This document shows positions 23,901-37,000 of a stretch of DNA of 64,000 bases, piece by piece. The stretch lies in the NCBI GenBank assembly GCA_036785375.1, contig JAWMAR010000263.1, forward strand, positions 992,001-1,056,000, written 5' to 3'. Numbering within the stretch: the stretch's first letter is position 1; every line of letters starts with the position of its first letter. A program made the translations under genes and the position numbers. The stretch is from Leucoraja ocellata (taxonomy: Eukaryota). The notes under the pieces are model-generated. The model did no database searches, was not told the origin of the DNA, and worked only from the letters and a program-made list of their open reading frames with translations.

Positions 23901-26141
23901 TAATGCTGACATTCATTGTGGAGAATCCACCCAAACTGGGGGAAATACTGGCCAACGGGCTGCCAGTGGAGAGATTCACCCAGGAGGATTTAATGAATGG
24001 CGCGGTGGTCTATGCCCATACCAGTGGCGAAGTTGGCACACAGAGGAAACACGATTGGTTCAACTTGACTGTCTCTGACATGTCAAATGAATGGGTGGTT
24101 GGCGGGAATAAGGTGCAAGGAGTCAGGGTTCAAGTCACCATCTTGCCCGTAGACAGCGTGGCACCTGATGTGAAGGTTGGAGAGCAGTACACGGTTTTGG
24201 AGGGGGGGAAGAATGCCATCACAACGGGACATTTAAACGCTGAAGATATAGATACCCTAAAGGATGACATCCTGTGCATAATCATTGTCCAGCCAACATC
24301 CGGTTATGTGGAAAACATTTCACCGGCTCCAGGGTCTGAGAAGTCGAGGAGCGGCAAGGCCATTAGTGCTTTTACCATGAAGGATGTTGGAGATGGCCAC
24401 GTCCACTATGTTCAAAGTATTCACAAGGGGGTTGAACAGGTGGAGGACAGGTTCACCTTCCACTGTTCCGACGGCATTAACTTCTCTCACCACCACTTCT
24501 TCCCAATTGTAATTTTCCCAATCAACGACGAAACGCCAGAGATCTTTGTCCGTGAGTTTGTGGTGATGGAGGGGATGAGTCTCGTTGTGGACAGCCCAAT
24601 ATTGAATGCGGCCGATGCCGACATTCCCCCTGACCAACTTCATTTTATCCTAACTAAACCGCCAAAGCATGGTCAGTTTGTGCAGCAGTCGGCACAGGGT
24701 ACTGTGCCCATCAAAAACTTTACCCTGGAGGACATCTCCATCGGTTCCACCATTGTCTACGAACATGATGATTCTGAAACCAATGAAGACACCTTTGATA
24801 TCAGAGTTACAGATGGCAAATATACTGTGGACAAGACAGTCCCCATTATGATAATCCTGGTTGACGATGAAACTCCACGCATGACCATAAACGATGGCCT
24901 GGAAGTAGAAATAGGCGAGTCGAAGATAATAACCAACACAATCTTAAAAGCAACAGACTTGGATTCTGATGACAAAACGTTGACTTATGTAATTCGTCAC
25001 AGCCCAAGTCAAGGCTTGTTGCAACATTTGATGAAAGATGGCGATGTGCTTCAGAACCTCACAGTCGGCATGAATTTCACCCAGGATGAAATCGATAAAG
25101 GATTGATTCAGTATGTGCACGCTGGCCAAGCGGGCGTGCGCGATCTCGTTAAGTTTGATGTGACGGATGGCATCAACCCACTGATTGATCGCTATTTTTA
25201 CATTAGCGTCGGCAGCATCGATGCGGTGTTCCCGGAAGTAATTAACAAAGGTGTCACATTGAAGGAAGGTGGGAAGGTGACGCTGACTACAGATTTACTG
25301 AGCACCAGTGATATTAACAGCCCCGACGAAAACTTAAGGTTCAGTATCACTCGTGCTCCGAGACGAGGGCATCTGGAAAAGACTGATAGTCCTGGCCTGC
25401 CTATCACCTCCTTCACTCAACTGGAACTAGCAGGAAACAAAATCTATTATATCCATACATCGGATGATGAAGTTAAAATGGACAGTTTTGAGTTTGAGGT
25501 TACCGATGGTTACAATCCAGTGTTTCGTACATTTCGAGTTTCCATAACAGATGTCGACAATAAGAAACCGGTTCTCACGATCCATGACTTGGTCGTGAGC
25601 GAAGGGGAAGGGAAGCTGATCACTCCCTTTGAGCTCACAGTAGAGGACCACGACACACCAGACTATTTTCTCAGTTTCATTATCACCCAGGTCCCTGTTC
25701 ATGGTCAGTTGCTGTTTAACAGAAGCCAACCAGTCACCAGCTTCACCAAGCAGGACCTCAATGACAATCTCATTAGTTACAAACACGATGGCACGGAGAC
25801 AAATGAAGACAGTTTCTCTTTCACAGTAACTGATGGCACACATACTGAATACTACGTTTTCCCTGACCCTGTGTTTGAAACACGCAAGCCTCAGACGATG
25901 AAGATCTGGATCGCAGCTGTTGACAACGGTGTTCCACAAATTATTGTCAACAAAGGGGCTCCAACACTTCGACTAATGCACACTGGTCACCTTGGATTTA
26001 TGATCACCAGCAAGGCACTGAAGGCCGAGGACCGTGACAGCCCACACAAACTCCTGAAGTACAAGATCTCTGAGGGACCAGAGCATGGCTACATTATTAA
26101 CACTGATCTGGGAAACGACAGTATTACCACATTCAGTCAAG
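21113..26141 (+). CDS. FREM3: FRAS1-related extracellular matrix protein, giant coding exon 1 (signal peptide, N-terminal domain, CSPG/cadherin-like repeats); FREM3 favoured over FREM2
   Basis: 1676 codons + 1 nt; ATG with A at -3; signal-like [18 protein letters not shown]; motifs [26 protein letters not shown] and repeated D-x-D-S/T...P-x-HG...FTQ..YxH. Donor CAA G|gttggt. The C-terminal [14 protein letters not shown] resembles FREM3 as I recall it, so family confidence is high and paralogue confidence moderate. Confidence 0.85.
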
Positions 26142-28340
26142 GTTGGTGTGAAGTTTTATAGTCAAGTTTTAACCTAGAAAGCTTTTTTATCTCTCTATTC
26201 CCACTATCTATTTAATCTGTATATTAGATGATAATAATTATTTGAACAATCGCCAATTTACCATTCCAAATATGATAGGCTTAAATAAGACAGCAGCCTG
26301 AACAAATAGTATCTGTCCAAAGAATAATGACATCTTTCACATGTGGTCTCTATTATAGCTGTATTTTTGTCCATTTTCTTACACTTATTTGCTGATTTTG
26401 TGTGACTGGTGTTGAACAACATGACACTGCCTCCAGGAAGGATTGCATTGTTCCCTTGTCGGTACATATGACAATTCAACCCTCTTGTAATTAAGCACCG
26501 GTTGTACTGAAGTGGGTTCAGGTATGCAATGCTATGTGTTTGACAATTTTTATCCACACAGTCTGGCCTTTTGTCCGTTGTTTATTCTTGCATGACTGTT
26601 TTTGGATTAAGTAGTTGAACCAAGATTAACAAGCTCTGATCAGTGAAGTTTGGTCAAAAGGTAGCAGGTGCATGAAGGACGTTTCAAAAAATGAGCTAAG
26701 TAAAAAATGAGCTTTACATTGCATTACCAGTCTGAAGACAGCATTTGATTATGACAACTATTTTAAGAATGCTTTGAAGTTAAAAGTGATTAAAGAAAGT
26801 GGTTCCCGAGTGCTACTGTGCCCTTCCAGACGGCAGCATATAGAAATAGTGAATGAATTGGTGTGTGGCATGAAATAAGGATCATTGCATAATTCACTAC
26901 AGTGTTCAGTAGAGACATCCACATGACAACATCTGTTAGCTTCGTTTTAAAGGGCGTTCAAGTCTGCGAGGCATTACTGCAGTGCACAGTGAACATGAAT
27001 TAGGTGAACAATTGCTGACATTGTATTGAAAACCACTTGAGCTTTTAGTCAAAAGCACCCTGGAGCAGCCAGAAGAATGGAAGATAGTAAACAGAGTTTA
27101 ACTATGCAATTCTTGGTGTATTGACTTATGTTGGCCATGCCAGAGGTTAAAGCATAGCTAAAGAGAAGCCTGTTATTTATGTTTCCTGCCATCAAGAGAA
27201 ACCTTCAGTAAGACTCACAGAGACAATTCATTCAGCACATGACATTCGTTTGAATATTGGATACTAAAAAAATGAATTGGCAACTACAGTTTTAGTTTAC
27301 CAAAGTATTATGCTATCAACACCTGGTTTATACTTGTTAAAACAGAAAATATTTAAGTTTTTCAATTATATTCAATTGGATTGTGAATAAGAAGGATGAT
27401 GCAACATGGTTTCAAAGGCATCTAAATAAGCTGGATGAATGGGCAGGAACGTGACAGAAACAATATAACGTGCAAAAATGTACTAGCTTTGCATCTTTGG
27501 AATGTTTTACCTAGAAGGTTGTGGAGGTTTAGTTGTGTGTTTTTTTTTCAAAATAGAGATGAATAGGTTTCTGGATATTCAAGGAAGTATCTTTGACTAA
27601 CAGGCCAGCCATTACACTGATGAATGACAGCTTCTTCCTCAATGCTACATCTTGTAATTGTAATTTGAATATAATAAGTGTGAATATGTTGAAAGTAAAT
27701 TTTAAAGCTGGTTGAAGTTATGGTTCCCTTATCTTGCCCTTCGGCATTTAACACAGGTAGAAAAATGTTTAAACATTCTGTTGACTGGGAATTCCTGCCA
27801 TTCCATTGATTCATCGTGTCCTTGTTGTTTCTATAATTGTGGTCTCCTAAAGGTTTATCTTAAGTGATCCTATAATCCATGCTTTTGTCAATAAGATGAA
27901 TGGTGGTTGTTAACTTGAAGCAGTGTTCCAAAATAGCCTCAGGTAAGCTTTCAGTTATCTAAACACTGACAGACTTGATCGGGGAAGCTTTGAGAAACAG
28001 TAAACACTAAATGACATTTATTTTGTTTTGAATCACAACACTGATGCTCTTAAAATTTACAAGTATATTAGCATCGCTCGATGTTCCCCATGTGATGGTT
28101 AAATGTAGTCTACAGCTTTCAATGCAAGTTATTGCAGAAAACCTCAGAGAGGAGACTTTTATCTTGTATACGGCTGGAGATTGTCTACATCTTTTAATGC
28201 AAGTAATTCTTAAATGTGGACTCATAGAGATAGAGTCATACAATATGCAAACAGAGGCTTCGCCTATTGAGTTGGTACTGGCCATAAGCACCCATTTACA
28301 TTAATCTTTCACTTATTCTATTTTATTTGCCCCTCATTCC

Positions 28341-28740
28341 CAAAGATCCTATAGCGGAGCAAGATAGAACACTCCTGCTAAATGCAATGGGCTGACATGT
28401 AGTACGGAACGGAACGGAACGTGAGCCTTTTTTTAATACATTTTCGTAACCAGACCGGACCCGACCCGACTCGCAGTGCAATCAAAGTTGCGGGGGAACA
28501 GTTTGTGTTAATAAATTAAAATTCTGAAAATGAGGAGAAGATTTTTACCAAATAACTTTTATTTTTACGAGGATGTTTCCGTAACTGGCTTCTGTCTCTG
28601 CACTATTATCCTAAGGGATCTTTGGTTCGGAGACGGAAGCCGGTTACGGAAATGGGGCCTTAAATTACCCATGAATCTGCCTATGACCGTACTACATCTT
28701 TTTCGTCGAGTGAACTATCTTGCTCGCTATAGGATCTTTG
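28341..28740. mobile_element. 400-bp MITE with 8-bp TSD (hAT- or P-like)
   Basis: TIR caaagatcctatagcggagcaagatag / ctatcttgctcgctataggatctttg; TSD ctcattcc (28333-28340, 28741-28748). Confidence 0.88.
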
Positions 28741-29376
28741 CTCATTCCCATCAATTCCTCTATTCACCTATGCAGTCTGGGCGATTTACAGTGGCCTGTT
28801 AACACACTGACATGTAGTGAAGCTGCAACTCTACAGCTGCATTAAAGATGTGGGGAAGCTTCTTGTACTCTGTTCTGTATGCATGGTGGCGGTCAGAACT
28901 CACCTTTAATCCAACACCAAGCTCTATTTTTTCTCATTCCAGTCCAGAGAGGATGGTCAGAGGTAAATGTAAAATACCATGTTTTATGCATTGGACAGAT
29001 CCACCAAATTTGCATTGATACTGAATTTGCACTGAGTTTGCAAATCTTATCTATCACAAAGTTTATCTTCTGTTACCTCCTTAACTTTGTTGGCTTTTGA
29101 CTCCTGTTTTAATTTATCTGTTGCTGAAACATTTACGGGTATATTTTGACATATTGAGATGCAACTCCTTCAATACTTTCCCCGTGTTATTTCTCAATCG
29201 CTGTCCAAACACCTGAACTTATCCGAAACTGTGGCCCATTCCTCTGTTGCATTCAATCTTGCTGCCAAACGATCTCTCCATGTTGAATGTACATTGGTTC
29301 TCAATCACCCAACACTTTATATTTCGACACAAGGAATCGGGAGAAAGTTGCCTGGGTTTCAGCAACTGAGTTACTG

Positions 29377-29790
29377 AGAAAGGTTGAACAAGTTAGGTCT
29401 TTATTCTTTGGAGCGCAGAAGGTTAGTGGGGGACTTGATAGAGGTCTTTAAAATGATGAGAGGGATAGACAGAGTTGACTTGGATAAGCTTTTCCCATTG
29501 AGAGTAGGGAAGATTCAAACAAGAGGACATGACTTGAGAATTAAGGGACAGAAGTTTAGGGGTAACATGAGGAGGAACTTCTTTACTCAGAGAGTGGTAG
29601 CTGTGTGGAATGAGCTTCCAGTGGAAGTGGTGGAGGCAGGTTCAATTTTATCATTTAAAAATAAATTGGATAGGAATGGAGGGTTATGGTCTGAGTGCAG
29701 GTAGATGGGACTAGGGGAAAATAAGTGTTCGGCAAGGACTAGAAGGGCTGAGATCGCCTGTTTCCGTGCTGTAATTGTTATATGGCTATA
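29377..29790 (+). mobile_element. CR1 3' fragment (second subfamily)
   Basis: LGLYSLERRRL.GDLIEVFK...TRGH...FFTQRVV. Confidence 0.9.
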
Positions 29791-30759
29791 TAAACAAACT
29801 GCTGGAGGAACTCAGAAAATCAAGCAGCATCTGTGGAGGCAGAGGGATGATTCTGATTCAGGGTGTCAAGCTGAACATGGACCATCCATTCACCTCCTCA
29901 GATGATAATTGGCCTGCAGAGTTCCACTAGAAGTTTATTTTGCTGTTTAAATTTAAGATTCTCATCAACATTTTTAAGTATTAGTCTAGAGAGCTCTGGA
30001 AAGCAACCCTGAGCTACCATCTACCTCATTGGAGAGATTTGAACTATCTTTAATCGACATTTACTGGACTTTATCTTGCACTAAACCTTATTCCCTTTAT
30101 CCTCTATCTGTACAATGTGGACCTAGATTGTAATTATTTATAGTCTTTCCACCGACTGGAGAGCACACAACAAAAAAGCTTTTCACTGTACCTCGGTACA
30201 CGTGACAATAAACTAAACTATTGTTATAGACTTGCCCCTTTTTAACTTTGTAATCTCAAAACTGCATTCATCCCTCCTCGTCCCACCTTCTGTTTCTTTT
30301 GTGAATATCTGTAAATTTGTGGTCATGCCTTCAGCTGCCCTGATATTATGATGTAAAATTCCTCCCACGTTGATATTCTATTTCTCTCTGCCATGCAAAA
30401 TCTCCCAACTAAATCTCCTGACACTTTTCTTGAAAGACTAATAATTGGCTAACCATTTATTTAGCCTTCCTAACATTACACTTTTTTTTTTAGTTTTGCA
30501 GAGTTTAATTATTGATTATGAATATTCCTTTAGATATTTTACTACATCAATAGAATTGTTCAAATACACAGTTATAATATTGTTTCTGAATATAATATTT
30601 TATACAATGTAGTAAACTCCAAGCAAATGTTAGTCAGTGTCATGTTAACATGGGTTATAGACGGTGAACTTCTATAGGTATTTTTCCACATACACCATTT
30701 CTTCAGTGGAAAAGTTATAGAAATAGGGGAAAAAGCAGCAAGTTACAAGTGATTTTTCC

Positions 30760-31285
30760 AGAATTCCTCGGTCCGCCAAGGCCTACTGGATCCCTCATTT
30801 CCTAACCATTTTAACTCCCATTCCCATACAGACCTTTCTGTCCCGGGCCTCCTCCGTTACCAGAATGAACTACCCACAAACTAACGGAAAGCATTTCATA
30901 TTCCGTTGAGTAGCTTGCAACTTAATAACATGATTATTGAAATCTCTGATTTTAGGTACCCCCCCTTATATAGCCCCAGCCGATTGCACACCCATTTCCC
31001 CACTATTCCACCCCTTTCCCCTTCCTCTGTCCCCTTCCACCTATATCCCTTCGTATTTCACTCCACTTTTTTAAACCTCTAGCCTTTGTCTGACCACCCA
31101 CCTGAAATCACAACCCCTCTCACAGCACCTATCACTTTGCCAGGCTTTGTCCCGCTCCCAATTCTTTTCTAGTTGTCTACCTCTTACTACGATCAGTCTG
31201 AAGAAGGGTCCCGACCAAAAAAGTCACCCCTGTACCCCAGTGCTGCTGCCTGACCCGCTGAGTTACTCCAGCACTTTGTGTTTCG
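30760..31285 (+). mobile_element. Old Penelope 3' fragment
   Basis: Similar to 45840-46225 (cattcccatacagacctttctgtcccgggcctcctcc); ends in ctgaagaagggtcccgacc and the short-repeat body. Confidence 0.7.
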
Positions 31286-31919
31286 TTGATCCGAAATGTT
31301 TGCGGACACAAATGGATCGTAGAATGCAATGTGCAGAACATTTTTTTAAATGGTTGAAATTTATTTTCCATTTTCTCTCTTATTTTGTCCCATATTGCAC
31401 CTCATCCGCTCACTGGTGTAAAGAGAATATGATGTATTTACATGATATATCTGTTCATGTTATTCAAGGGTCATGCATGTGGTGTTGTGATAGATTATTG
31501 TCTTTACTCTCCTGTCTTGCGAAAGCATCACCGGTCACTTTGTTCCTGGCATTGAACTAAGATGGTGATTTGCACTTGGAGATAACCTTGGATTCAGGCC
31601 TTTCCCACTCAACGACACTGCACGACAGTGCACCAATTCTTTATTTGTGCTTAGATTACCCAAAGAGTAAAACTTATCTTTTTAAAAAGTAAGCTTAAAT
31701 TTCTGTTAAAGATTGCTTAGAAAAATGTTACTATTGATTTTTTTTTAAACTTTAGAGTCATAGAGTCATAGAGTGGTACAGGCTCTTTGGCCCAACTTGT
31801 CCACACTCCCCAACATGTCCCAGCTACCCTAGTTCCACCTTGCTGTGTTTGGTCCATATCCCTCCAAACCTGTCCTAACCACATGAAAGAAATGTTGCAG
31901 CTAACAAATTAGCTAGTTA

Positions 31920-32345
31920 ATCTCCCCTCCCTGATGGATATCTACACCTCCCGCTGCCTTAGCAGGGCAAAGAATATCATCAAAGACAGCTCCCATCCTG
32001 CGTTTGGACTGTTCGACCTGCTGCCCTCTGGAAGGCGCTATAGGTGCATCAAATCCAGTACAAATAGACTCAGGAATAGTTGCTTTCCGAAAATTATAAC
32101 TACTCTTAATTCAAATTCACACATGCACTGACTTCACAGCCCAACACCCGGACTTCCATCTGTATATATGTATATAGCGCCGCAGAATTGTGCACCTATC
32201 CCCCCCCCCCCCCCCCCCCCCCCCCCCCTTCTCCCTTCTGTTTTTGTTTTTCTGTTTCTTGTTTTTTGTACTAAATTATATGTATGCACTGAGTACGAGC
32301 AGCTTTTAATTTCATTGTACATGTATAGTGACAATAAATGGCATA
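31920..32345 (+). mobile_element. Rex1/Babar-like LINE 3' end
   Basis: ORF IYTSRCLSRAKNIIKDSSHPAFGLFDLLPSGRRYR...RLRNS. Confidence 0.75.
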
Positions 32346-33015
32346 TCATTAATGCTGCCTAGAAATCATTGTCTTAGATGCACCAGTCTAACTATTCCTT
32401 AAATGTTGGGATAGTCCCTGCCTCAACTACCTCACTAATCTGGCAGCTTGTGTGATAAAGTTACTTTTAAATATTTTCACCTTCACCATAAACCTATTGG
32501 AGGACTTGTGGCGGAATTGCTGTTGACATTTTATTCCATCAAAATATCTTGCTACTGACAGGCACAGAATGGGGACGCATTAAATTGGTGTCATGCCCAG
32601 TGTTAATTGGTGTTGCCCTCCATCATACAACAGATGGATGATGGATATTTGAAGTCGATGAAATGCAAGGAATTCATAACATTTCTGACTGGCGAAAGAG
32701 GGGAATCAGGAATGAATGAAAAGCATCGTGAAACATTAACCCTGTCACTTTCTTCACAGATGCTTCTTGGCGTTTGCATTTTCTGTCTTTGTTTTCTATC
32801 CACCATTGTTATGCAAAGAATAATAATCTGCACTATGCATCAAAACAATGATTTCCAGGCAGGAATTAACCAGCTAATTTGTAAGGTGCAACATTTCTTT
32901 CACTTGGCTATGCTGTAATTCATGAGTTTGAAGTGTATTTAGAATAATAACGTAACCATTTGCTTGCTAATGAACCCAACAATCTATTAATTGGCTGTGA
33001 ATTCCATTTTGACAG

Positions 33016-33105
33016 CGGACATTGATGACATGAAGATTTCTTACGTTTTGTGTGAAGGTGAAAATGCAACAAATGATGCCTTCTATTTCTCCATTGAAGA
33101 TGCTG
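33016..33105 (+). CDS. FREM3: FREM exon 2 (90 bp, phase 1-1)
   Basis: ttttgacag|CG GAC... completes GCG with the exon 1 G, giving ADIDDMKISYVLCEGENATNDAFYFSIEDAG|gtaag. This is the expected continuation of the last CSPG repeat. Confidence 0.92.
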
Positions 33106-33254
33106 GTAAGACTTTGCTTATTACTTGGTTTAATCTACTGGCTATGTTATCAAATGTTTTTTTATTGAAGAGTTGCTGCCGATGAATTGAAGCAGCTTCA
33201 TCTTTATTACTAATATGTGGCCTATCACCTACTGTTACTATGTGAAGATATTTA

Positions 33255-33560
33255 ATGGCTGTAGCTCAGCGGCTGCCTTACAGTGCTTACAGCGCCAGAG
33301 ACCCAGGTTCGATCCCGGCTACAGGTGCTGTCTGTATGGAGTTTGTACGTTCCACCGTGTCCGTGTGGGTTTTCTCTGAGATCTTTGCTTTCCTCCCACA
33401 CTCCAAAGACGTACAGATTTGTAGGTTAATTCGCTTGATATATGTGGAAATTGTCCCGAGTACGTGTAGGATAGTGTTAATGTGCGAGGATCGCTTGTCG
33501 GCGCGGACTTGGTGGGACGAAGGGCCTGTTTCCGCGCTGTATCTCTAAACTAAACTAAAG
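33255..33560 (+). mobile_element. tRNA-derived V-domain SINE
   Basis: Box B ggttcgatccc, cctcccacactccaaagac core, (taaac)n tail. Confidence 0.85.
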
Positions 33561-34075
33561 AGTACACTGAAATTCATTGTAAATCCAAAAGGCAATTATA
33601 TTTAAGCTGTTGATTAATCCTGATTGTTACATGAAGAGAAATCAATAATCCAGATCAAACTACTACAGTGTAAACCTTTGTTTTGCAGGCACATACATTC
33701 TAAGTAGGCTAATGATTATGTTACAAATGAGACAATTTCTTTATGAATTACAGAATGAATGCCAGTGTATTCCTGTTGTTTGAGCGTTTTGGTCTGAGTG
33801 AGGAGGTAATTGATTTGTTCTTTAATCCAAACCTTTAGCACAGCCTTAGCACCAAAGACTGGATTTTACAATATTTTGCAAATAAGTGGCATCACTTCCA
33901 TTTGCATATTACTGGATTTTTGTTTGATTGTTCGTGTTAGATATATATTTTACCTTCTACATCCAATCCAGGACATGGGTGAAAGGGGCAATCAACTCTG
34001 TGTCTCCTGAATCAACCAGCATCTGAATCAGGAAGTGCCACTTAAAAAGTTTGACACTGGGCAGATACACAGGTT

Positions 34076-37000
34076 AATAGTAAGATTAAACGAGAACTTA
34101 CCAGTTCGAAGTTTGATCGTTATTTTATGAGGAGTAACGTTGAGGGATTACGTGAAGAACCCGCCAGCACGCATGCGTGTCATTCTTCAAAGCAGCGGTG
34201 TGAAATCACACATAACAGTAATGACCTGAACATAGTAAGATTAGAGAAAAAAGGATACCAGTTGAACTTTATGATCGGGGGTGTGAGCGGAGGGCACGTA
34301 ATCCCTCAATGTTACTCCTCATAAAATAACGATCCAACTTCGAACTGGTAAGTTCTCGTTTAATCTTACTATTTTACTTCGGAGTCACACGAGTGACTAC
34401 GTGAAGATTTCAAAGCTCTGTGATTTCATGCCGTGGAAACGAGTCCATGCCTCACAACTGCCTTAATTGACTAAGGGGGGAAATAGTGTTAACGTATTCA
34501 AACATGAATCCGACATTGAAATTCCATGATGAACTATTAACAACAATTATAGCCCCTGTCTTATGGGGTAATCATGATACAGATCTAATTTTGATTCTGC
34601 AATGTCACATCTCATTGCCTTTGTGCTGTTTAGAGTTCTCTATGTATAAGAACAAATGTCTCATAATGCATAGGCAATCATCTATTGGGTATGCACTGAA
34701 CTCGATATGAGGCCTGACGATCCCGGTCTGTTCTGTTAAACTCATTCGTGGATGTAAAAAGTTATTTTGCTAGTAGAAGAGATGTTACTATCCAGCCTTG
34801 ATTTATGTAAAGACTGAATTCTGTGTGTTGAGACCAATGCCATAAGCATGACCATGTCATGTGCAAGTCTATGCAGGGACAGAGCTGTAGCTGGTGACCA
34901 ATTCCTCAGTAATGTTGGACTATACTCATATACCATATAAGGGAAACTAGCCCTTGGGGATAACATTAAAAATTCCCCTCATGAGTTTAGTCACCAGGGG
35001 GTGAGACCCGACAGAATGACGCTCTGATCCTTGCCCCAGAATACTGAAAAGGCACTACTGGCGCAGTTTGTGGCACTAAACTGAGCCCCTCATCATAGTG
35101 GAGGCTAGCCAGGAATTTCAGAACAGAGTTATGTTCGTCGTACAGTAGTGATGTTGTTCCTAGAACAATGTTTCCCACTTCCTGATGTGGACCCGATATA
35201 GTTTCTTCGTGGACTGCCTGTGAGCCGCTGCATATGTTCATTGTTCAGTTCGTTAGTCCCAGGTCCGGAAATGGTTACTTAAGATTCTGCTGACGAACAC
35301 ATTTGTCCTATTATGGTAGGGGTGATTTTCCCGCCCGCTACGGGATGGACCAACAATCTGGTTATTTTGGAACGGAGAGCCATGTTTAGTTGTATTTTGC
35401 ATAATACCCGACTGATGAGGCAGAAAGGAGGGAATGTATAGAAAGAACAATCCCCCCCCCCCCCGCCCCCCCCCCCCCCACCCCCCCACCCCCCCAATGC
35501 AGCAAGAAGGCATCCATCGCCGATGCCCCAGTCTGATTCCCAAGAAACACAGATAGGCAACTGGTGATTAAGCCGAGATGCAATAGATCAATCTCTGGTG
35601 TTTCATATCATGCTACAATATCAGCAAACACTTTGCGGTCCAACATCCATTCGATGTTTGTCATGAATTTGCGTGACCTGGTGTCTGCCACTAAATTTGA
35701 GGTTACCTGGTAGGTAACTAGCTGATATTCAAATGTTTTTCTGAATACACCACTGCCAAATTGTGTTAGCCGGATTATCACATGATACCGATTTGATTCC
35801 ACCCATGTAGTTAGTATATGTCACCATGGTGGTGTTATCAATCTGTAGTCTAACATGCAGGTGATGCATTTCTGAACAGTATGATTTTAGTCCATAGAAC
35901 GCACCCAACATTTCCAAGTAGTTTATGACATGTATCTGAAGCAATGATGCATCCCATCTATATCCACAACTAGAGATGGGGTTAGTAACACGCCAACCAT
36001 GAACACTGGGATCAGTTTGTAGCACCACTGAATGGTTGCTGACAATGATAGGGCTTGAACAATGCCCAATATTTCCCCTATCATTGTATTTCCGTGATTG
36101 CTTAGATTGGTAGCCTCATTGGTCTCTACACATGACCAGTATTGATTTTAAGTGCTTATACCTTTGTCCTTGTAATTATTGGTAATACAAAGGTCAAACA
36201 GTGTGGCTGGAAAGGCCACAGTATTGCCAATTACCCTTGCTACCAGTCGAATAGGTGGTTTACTGATGTCAATGAGGTTGTTGGCCTCAGTTAAGTCTGT
36301 ACCTTCCTTTGATAAGTTACCCACATGTAGACTAAGTCAAAGGTGAACCCTAAGAAGTCCTTAGTGGTGGAAGGTGTTAGTTTAGAATTAATAACGTCTA
36401 TAATCCTTCCGCATAGGCACCGTATGGTAAGCATCTTTTAATGGATGCAATCCATAAAGTAGCCTATGGAATCAATTGTTTGGCAGTAACAAAGGTTTCC
36501 AATTTCAAATGAATTTACTGCACAATGTATTCAGGTTTGTCAGACCTGAATGTTTGGTAACCACATCTTTTTGTTTTTCGTAAAGATATTGACACGAATT
36601 CCAAAGAGTCGTGTTGGGATTTCCCCATGATTCCCTAGCATCTAGCCTCTCCAGTTCAGCATGCGCTCCCAATTTTTCTTATCGTGAAGGCACGAACATT
36701 CAGTTCGGTACATGCTGAACCGGGAAATTTTGTGCACAAATTCAATTGTATATCCCTGAACACTAGGTAGAAAATAAGTGTTAGTAGTTATTGCACTCCA
36801 TGCCTCCCAAGAAAATGTAATCTACACACCAATTTGTGTTATTTATATCTCCTGTTTTTTGGAAGAGACCAGACACCTCTACCTCCATGGTGACCAGTGG
36901 AAAGTTTGTTTTCTTCCTTGCAGTCGCCGTAGAGGTTGTGGCGTTGGTTTTTGGATTTGGGATTTGGGGTTGCACGTCTTCCACGAAGGCCGGTCTGGGC

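Noticed and set aside
26142-26161. ORF tail GWCEVL-stop as the true C-terminus
   Set aside because: Read-through into intron 1; the phase-1 donor joins cleanly to exon 2
32200-32228. Long poly-C/G runs (also near 4476, 35453, 56362) as functional G-quadruplexes
   Set aside because: They lie mostly inside repeats and homopolymer lengths are error-prone; no supporting evidence
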